From positions 288,001 to 352,000 of the forward strand of contig CAVQYR010000001.1 in NCBI GenBank assembly GCA_963718235.1: a DNA stretch of 64,000 bases, read 5' to 3'. The notes under the pieces were generated by a model. It had not been told where the DNA came from. It searched no databases and saw nothing but the letters and a program-made list of their open reading frames with translations. The stretch comes from an uncultured Actinomycetota bacterium. Its GTDB lineage: Bacteria; Actinomycetota; Actinomycetes; JAHEKZ01. Each line of letters starts with the position of its first letter. Within the stretch, counting starts at the first letter, position 1. The position numbers and the translations under genes are program-made. This document shows positions 57,772-64,000 of this stretch, in pieces.

Positions 57772-59282
57772 TCAGCTGGTGGTGGCGGATTCTTGTCTCA
57801 GCTTGAACTTCTGAAGCTTGCCGGTGGCGGTGCGGGGGAGAGCCTGACGAAACTCGATGCGCTTGGGACACTTGAAGCCAGCCAACGACTGGCGGCAGTA
57901 CGCGATCACATCGTCGGGCGTCAGGTTCGGATCGTCGGTCACTACAAGGGCTGTGACCACTTCGCCCCACTTCTCGTCGGGGGTGCCGATGATCGCGACC
58001 TCGCGGACGGCCGGATGCGAGGAGATCACGTCCTCGACCTCGATCGACGACACGTTCTCGCCCCCGCTGATGATGACGTCCTTCTTGCGGTCCTTGATCG
58101 TGAGGTAGCCGTCAGTGAGCGTGCCACCGTCACCGGTGTGGAACCAGCCGCCGTGGACAGCCTCTGAGGTGGCGTCTCGCTGGTCCCAGTAGGAAGCCAG
58201 CACCACGTTCCCCTGGGCGAGGACCTCACCGGAGTCGTCGACGTCGAGTCGGACGCCGAGGGCCGGTGTGCCGGCCCGCACGAGCTTCCGAGCTCTCTCC
58301 GACGCGGCGAGGTCGTCCCACTCCTGGCGGCGCCGGTTGACGGTGAGCAGCGGTGCTGTCTCGGTGAGCCCGTAGATCTGGATGAACTCCCAGCCGAGCA
58401 CCGCTTCGATCTGCTCGATGACATGGGTGGGCGGAGGGGCACCGGCGACCACGACCCGCACGGAGTCGCGTCCGGGGATCGGCCCGTCCCACCCTGCGGC
58501 GGCCTCGAGGACCATGGCCAGCACGGTCGGGGCGCCACACAAGATGGTGACCCCGTGGCGCTCGATGCGGTTCAGGATCTCCCGTCCGTTCACCTGTCGC
58601 AGCACGATGTGCTTGCCGCCCAGGCCGGTGAGGGCGAAGGGCATTCCCCAGCCATTCACATGGAACATCGGGAGGGTGTGCAGCAGCACGTCTCGGTCGC
58701 TCAGACCCAAGTGGACCGCCATCGTCATGGCATTGACCCACAGGTTGCGGTGCGTGAGCTGAACGCCCTTTGGGCGTGCCGTCGTGCCTGAGGTGTAGTT
58801 GATGGCGGCCGTCGCGTTCTCATCGCCGGCCCACGGCTCTGCAGATCCCTTCCCAAGAAGAACTCGTCGTCGCACTCGCCGAGCACGAAGGCATTGCGCA
58901 CCGACACCTCGTCGAGGACGTGACGAAGGTCGGGGTCGGCAAACAACGTCTCCGCCCCGCTGTGCGCCTCGATGTAGGAGATCTCCGCCGGGGTGAGTCT
59001 GAAGTTGATCGGCACCAGCACCCGACCCGAACCACTGACCCCGAAGAAGGAGGCCAGCAGTCGGGCGGAGTTGTGCGACACGATCGCCACCCGCCCGCGG
59101 ACGGGTACGTCGAGACCCTCGAGGGCAGCCGACTGCGCCTGGGCCACTGCCGAGAGGTCGTCGTAGGTCCACGGGCCGATGGCTCCAGCCGGCTGGTCAG
59201 GCTCGTCGACGACCGCGACCCGGTCTCCGTAGACGAGCCGTGCCCGGTCGATGAAGTCGTTGACGGTGAGCGGAACGAGCAT
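57772..59282 (-). CDS. Acyl-CoA synthetase (AMP-binding), frameshifted near 58850
   Basis: N-terminus MLVPLTVNDF in one frame; YTSGTTARPKG, YGLTET, HTGD, TGKLQK in another. Confidence 0.85.
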
Positions 59283-59352
59283 CGACGGCACCTCGGACTG
59301 CTAGACGCGGAGACCCCTTGTGAAGGCGTAATAATGCCGTACTATTCCTCGA

Positions 59353-61047
59353 GTGTCACCCTCCGAGACTGCACACGACCCCCTGTACCTGCCGTTCGCC
59401 GAGGCGCCGGCAGGGGCGGAGTCGGTGGTGGTGCCGATGCGCGACGGCACCGGGCTGCACGCCGACGTTTATCTCCCGACGAGTGCCCGCTCTGCCCGAG
59501 TTCCGGCCGTCCTCATCAGAGCTCCGTACGGCGTCCGGGAGAGCTTCATGTTGCTGCCGGAGATCGCCCGGTACCTGGCACAGCGCGGCATGGCGACGGT
59601 GGTTCAGGACGTCAGGGGCAAGTTCCGCTCAGGCGGTGAGCGCGTTCCCTTCCTCCACGAGGTCAGCGATGGGTACGACACCCTGGAGTGGCTGTCGACC
59701 CAGCGATGGTGCAACGGTGCCGTTGGCATGTATGGGGAGTCGTACTACGGCTTCACCCAGTGGGCTGCGGTCGCGTCAGGCCATCCGGCGCTGAAGGCGA
59801 TCGCCCCGATCGTCACTGGTTCCGAGCTGCCGATGTGGCACGCGCGGAGCGGCACCGTCCCGTTCCTGGCCGCACCGGTCGGCTGGTTCGCCGGCACTTG
59901 GGAGTCAGAGTCGATCTTCGTGCGCGAGGAGTCCGATGTCCTCGACTTCACGCGGGTGCCGATCCTCGATGTGCTCGCCGCGGAGTTCCCGCACGCCCGA
60001 GACCTGGTCTCCGACTTGGTGGTGGCGCCGTCGTCTGACCTACTCGCGCGGACGTACCCGACCGGGTCGCCCGCGCCCCGCGTGAGCATTCCTGTGCTGC
60101 ACCGAGGTGGCTGGTGGGACAACATCAAGGGCTCTCAACTCGATGACTGGCGCACCGTCCAGCATGCTCCGGCTCGTGACCAGCAGTGGCTGGAGATGGC
60201 CGCGATGGATCACTACAGCGAGCCTTACGGGGTCGGGGCGTCGGTAACTGCCAATGACGATCTCGATCCGCAGGCGGTCGTCGAACGCATCACCGGCTCG
60301 GCGGCGGCTTTTCTCGAGCACCACCTTCAGGTGCGTGACGGCGGCAGGCGACCTCGAGTCCGTGTCGAGGTGGCCAACGGCGGGTGGCTCGACGCGGACC
60401 GCTGGCCGTTGCCGGGCACCGAAGAGCTGGTCTGGCACCTGTCTGGTGCGTCAGCTGCCTTGGCGTCCAGCGACGGCGGCGCGCTCTCGACCGGCGCCGA
60501 CACCGATCGGACGACGGTTGCCTGGACCCACCGACCCGACGACCTGGTGCCGTCGCTGACAGTCAGCGACTTCCACATCTTGCCGGTGCTGCCGGACGAG
60601 AACGCCGTCCACGCGCGAAACGACGTCGCCACCTTCACCAGTGAACCCCTCGCCCACGATGTATTGATCGCCGGCGATGTGAAGGCGTTGCTGACCATCC
60701 GCTCGTCCTGCGTGTCGGTTCCCGTCCTCGCAGGTCTGCATCGGGTCAGCAGTGGCGTTGCCACGTTGGTCACCGAGGGGTCACGCGCTGTCGTCGTCGA
60801 TGGCGGCGAGGCCGTCGTCGAGGTCGACCTCGGCGCCGTGGCGATCGGAGTGCCTGCCGGTGACCGGTTGAGGCTGTCGGTCAGCGTCAGCCGGTTCCCT
60901 CGGTACCTGCCACCGTCGGGCACCGTCGAGAGCTCGTGGCTGGCGGCCGACCGAAGGCCGTTCGACGTCGCGCTGGTCGTCGGGGGAGGGTCGGCAGCCC
61001 AGCTCAGAGTCCCAGTGCTGCCCCAATCGCCGGGCTGGTCTCGGTGA
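59353..61047 (+). CDS. CocE/NonD family serine hydrolase
   Basis: VPMRDG..L.AD, QDVRGKF.S.G, GESYYG nucleophile motif, SRFPRY. Confidence 0.88.
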   Translation: MSPSETAHDPLYLPFAEAPAGAESVVVPMRDGTGLHADVYLPTSARSARVPAVLIRAPYGVRESFMLLPEIARYLAQRGMATVVQDVRGKFRSGGERVPFLHEVSDGYDTLEWLSTQRWCNGAVGMYGESYYGFTQWAAVASGHPALKAIAPIVTGSELPMWHARSGTVPFLAAPVGWFAGTWESESIFVREESDVLDFTRVPILDVLAAEFPHARDLVSDLVVAPSSDLLARTYPTGSPAPRVSIPVLHRGGWWDNIKGSQLDDWRTVQHAPARDQQWLEMAAMDHYSEPYGVGASVTANDDLDPQAVVERITGSAAAFLEHHLQVRDGGRRPRVRVEVANGGWLDADRWPLPGTEELVWHLSGASAALASSDGGALSTGADTDRTTVAWTHRPDDLVPSLTVSDFHILPVLPDENAVHARNDVATFTSEPLAHDVLIAGDVKALLTIRSSCVSVPVLAGLHRVSSGVATLVTEGSRAVVVDGGEAVVEVDLGAVAIGVPAGDRLRLSVSVSRFPRYLPPSGTVESSWLAADRRPFDVALVVGGGSAAQLRVPVLPQSPGWSR

Positions 61048-61262
61048 GCATCGTCGACTCTGGCGGATCCGCATCCAGTCTCCGAGGCCCACGAGCCCCC
61101 GCCGCTGGTGTGCAGACCCGAGCCAGACGTCTGGGCGGGGTGTTGCGAAGCCTGCTGTGGCGGGTGTTCGGACTGATCGTGACGCTCCTGGTCGCCAGCT
61201 TCCTGATCTTCTCCGCGACCTACCTGGTGCCCGGCAGCGTCGTCACGACGATCACAGGCTGA
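61044..61262 (+). pseudogene. Truncated DppB/OppB-like ABC permease N-terminus
   Basis: LLWR....IVTLLVASFLIF....LVPG then an early stop; GTGA-coupled to the CocE gene. Confidence 0.65.
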
Positions 61263-61584
61263 GCTCCAGTACCAGTGGGCGGCCATTCGTGGGGACATCC
61301 GCAGGTAGGTACAAGGCGCCCCACCGGGCTACCTCGAAAGGCGTCGATATCCACCTGGCCCTCCTTCGACCTAGAGATCCAGGCGATCGATTCATAGGAA
61401 ACCGGGCAAACCTATGAATTACCCAGCGGTATCTATACCCAGGCGCCCCTGCCTGTGGATTCGGTGTGGCCGGCCGGTTCGAAGAGCCATGACACCGCCT
61501 GGGCGACGGGCGCGGAAGGGGCCGTGGCCGTGATTCCGGTCCTGGCAAACGTGGGTTCGTCGGCGAGTCATCCGCCATTATCGA

Positions 61585-62406
61585 GTGGTGAATGTCTTCG
61601 AGGCGACGCCAATCGATGTGCGATCTCTGCTCCCGGGTGACCGAGATGAACTGGTGGCATCCCTGGGGGCGCTTGCACCAGCCGAATGGGAATCGCCATC
61701 AGCCGCACCAGGCTGGAGTGTGAAGGACCTTGCCTTGCATTTGCTTGATGACGACCTCGGACTTCTCTCACGAAACCGAGATGGTGACAGCACGGGGCTG
61801 CTGGACGCGGCCGACCACGAGACCTTTGTCCGAGCCTTGGCGGCGAAGAACCAGCGGCGGATAGACGGTGCGCAAACCCTCAGCCACCGCGCCATCATCG
61901 ACCTACTGGACTGGGCTGGCAGTGAAGTTGATGCGTACTACTCCACCGTGGCGCTGACTGGTTACGGGCACGTGAGTTGGGCAAGCGACGAACCGGTTCC
62001 CATCTGGCTCGACATGGCTAGGGAATTCACCGAAAGGTGGGTCCATCAGATGCAGATCCGGGAGGCCGTAGGCCGGGTCGAACGCTATGCGGCTGCCTAT
62101 CTTCCGACCGTGCTCCGGACGTTCGTCTGGGCGATCCCCCACCAGTATCGAGTCGCTGCGGATCGAGGGGTAAGAGTCCAAATCGACCTGGGTTCCGGGG
62201 GCGTGTGGCACCTCGTGTGCAACGGGAAACTGGATTGGTCGCTCAACGAAGGTCCCGCTGTGTCTCCTGAGGCCCACGCGACGATCGGCGACGATTGCGG
62301 CTGGCGAATGTTCACCGGCGGGACGTATTCACCGGAAGGGCTCGATCTTCAAGGACCACCCCGTTTGTGTGAGCCTCTGCTGCAGGTGCGGGCGATCATC
62401 ATCTGA
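61585..62406 (+). CDS. Mycothiol-dependent maleylpyruvate isomerase (MDMPI/DinB) family protein
   Basis: W..PS.APGWSVKDLALHL, ERWVHQMQIREAVG. Confidence 0.85.
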   Translation: MVNVFEATPIDVRSLLPGDRDELVASLGALAPAEWESPSAAPGWSVKDLALHLLDDDLGLLSRNRDGDSTGLLDAADHETFVRALAAKNQRRIDGAQTLSHRAIIDLLDWAGSEVDAYYSTVALTGYGHVSWASDEPVPIWLDMAREFTERWVHQMQIREAVGRVERYAAAYLPTVLRTFVWAIPHQYRVAADRGVRVQIDLGSGGVWHLVCNGKLDWSLNEGPAVSPEAHATIGDDCGWRMFTGGTYSPEGLDLQGPPRLCEPLLQVRAIII

Positions 62407-62557
62407 GTCCTGTGTGCACGCCAGTCCGCACGACGCAGCACCTCACCTAACAGGGTGGTCCTGGCATCTGCGGACAGTCGTGCCTGCTATCCCTTGTCAA
62501 GAAATCAGCCGCCGAGGGTGTTGATTCCAACCGTCGTGGAGCGGACCCCACTGATGA

Positions 62558-62580
62558 GCTACTGCAACCGCTACTGCAAC
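62558..62580 (+). repeat. Direct repeat GCTACTGCAAC x2, candidate integrase arm-type sites
   Basis: 62558-62568 and 62570-62580, about 90 bp inside the att copy. Confidence 0.55.
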
Positions 62581-62671
62581 GCCGAGGAACCGAGGGAGAC
62601 TTCGGGACACTTCCTGAGAATGATGTGAGCGTGCTGACACATCAGGAGACGCTCTGAGACGCCAGAACTAG

Positions 62672-62717
62672 GACTACGGATCAGAAGGTTGGGAGTTCGA
62701 GTCTCTCTGGGCGCGCA
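62672..62717 (+). repeat. att site: duplicated 3' half of tRNA-Arg
   Basis: GACTACGGATCAGAAGGTTGGGAGTTCGAGTCTCTCTGGGCGCGCA matches 57051-57096 at 45/46. Confidence 0.92.
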
Positions 62718-62759
62718 GTCATCGTTGCAGGTCAGAGTTGGGTTACGTCGCGGTAAGAG

Positions 62760-63216
62760 GCTTCGTGCGGATGTTCGCGACTGCCGCGGACTGGGTCACC
62801 TGCCTAACCGACGCGCACCACACCGGACGAGTGCACGACGAACCACGGCGCCTTGGCCGTTACCCGCTGATCGTGGTCGACGAGGTCGGATACATCCCTT
62901 TCGAACCCGAGGCTCCGAACCTGCTCTTCCAACTCGCCTCATCCCGCCATGAGCGCGCCCCAATGATCGTCACCAGGGACGACCCCTTCCGGCGCTGGGG
63001 GGAGGTATTCGGCGGCGACGTCGCGGCCGAAGCCATGATCAACCGGCTCGTCACCGCGCCGAAGTCATCGTTCAAGAAGAACAACCGCTACCGACTCAAA
63101 GACCGAGACTTCGGCTGCGTTCCCGCAGCCACCAACGGCAAGACCAACGACAACCAACCACAAGCGGAAAAACGTTCACCTGCCGAAGGGGGATCAGGCT
63201 TCAGCCGCCGTAGACA
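62760..63216 (+). mobile_element. istB: IS21-family remnant: degenerate istB C-terminus plus right end
   Basis: FATAADWV, LIVVDEVGYIPF, WGEVFG.DVAA.AMI.RLV, YRLKDRD; ends TTCAGCCGCCGTAGACA. Confidence 0.8.
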
Positions 63217-63233
63217 ACTGGCAGTATGGGGAC

Positions 63234-63998
63234 ATGAAGATCACCCGTGCGACGTTGGTGCGCCAGATTCGACGAATACCCGGCGCTGGCACCGTCAAGT
63301 CGAAGCTGAGCCCTGCCAAGCAGCAACCCACCACGGAGTCTGCCCAACGAACGCGCGGGGCGGAGCCCGCACGTAAGAAGCGCCCATTTCACGGCTCGGC
63401 AGACTTTTGGGAACAGCGCTATGCGATGGGCGGTGACTCCGGGCGTGGATCACGGGGAGTGCTTGCTGAGTACAAGGCTGAATTCCTGAGCGACTTCATC
63501 ATCACGCACGATGTCACGTCGGTCACGGAGCTGGGATGCGGAGATGGTGCGCAAATTTCCCTGGGCAACTATCCGCAATACACCGGTCTCGATGTTTCTG
63601 CCACGGCCGTGCGCTCCTGTGTCAAACGCTTCGCTGACGACCCGACCAAGACGTTCTCGGTCTACGCCTCCGGTGCAATTGCGGACCCGCGGGGCCTGTT
63701 GACATCTGATCTCGCGATGTCACTGGACGTGCTCTTCCACCTGGTGGAGCAGGAAGTGTTCGAACTCTACATGCAGGATCTCTTCAGTATGGCTCGCCGC
63801 TTCGTCATCATCTACGCGAGTGATGAACGTCCCGAATCGGCAAGCCCGTCCGTCACGAATCGCTCCTTCACTGAGTGGATCGAGCAGAACATCAACGGCT
63901 GGAAGCTCCAACAGCACGTGCCAAACCCGCATTCCTGGACCGGCGACCGCAGTACGTCCACATTCAGTGAGTTCTTCGTGTACGTGCCATCGGACTAG
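63234..63998 (+). CDS. Class I SAM-dependent methyltransferase-like protein
   Basis: WEQRYA.GG.SG.GS.G, ELGCGDG, GLDVS, SLDVLFHL; lower GC than the core genes. Confidence 0.8.
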   Translation: MKITRATLVRQIRRIPGAGTVKSKLSPAKQQPTTESAQRTRGAEPARKKRPFHGSADFWEQRYAMGGDSGRGSRGVLAEYKAEFLSDFIITHDVTSVTELGCGDGAQISLGNYPQYTGLDVSATAVRSCVKRFADDPTKTFSVYASGAIADPRGLLTSDLAMSLDVLFHLVEQEVFELYMQDLFSMARRFVIIYASDERPESASPSVTNRSFTEWIEQNINGWKLQQHVPNPHSWTGDRSTSTFSEFFVYVPSD

Positions 63999-64000
63999 AG

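Larger units (their letters stand above)
57051..62717. mobile_element. Genomic island integrated at tRNA-Arg(ACG), no integrase retained
   Basis: 46-bp direct repeat 57051-57096 / 62672-62717 with 1 mismatch; truncated cargo genes. Confidence 0.8.

Noticed and set aside
62672-62717. Second tRNA-Arg gene
   Set aside because: Lacks the 5' acceptor strand and D-arm; it is an att duplication

Overview
High-GC actinobacterial chromosome segment, the conserved serS-pheA-bpa / tRNA-Ser-tRNA-Ser-tRNA-Arg neighbourhood. It holds about 55 genes: polyamine enzymes (aguA, speB), an oleA-oleBC-oleD olefin biosynthesis operon, a 10-methyl fatty acid (TmsAB/BfaAB-like) pair, a GGDEF-EAL protein, an orphan chemoreceptor and three tRNAs. 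Accessory blocks include a MalT-like regulator with two conserved 44-bp operators, an integrase-less island at tRNA-Arg(ACG) bounded by a 46-bp att duplication, and an IS21 remnant. The most notable feature is an AbiEi-like/DUF559 nuclease gene (51629-52555) bracketed by two 66-bp hairpin elements in inverted orientation (61/66 identical). A third, same-length solo copy lies 13 kb away (38113-38178). This looks like a REP/REPIN-type or MITE-like system with a non-transposase partner enzyme. Several single-base frameshifts suggest long-read assembly errors. All product calls come from motif recognition by eye; no searches were run.
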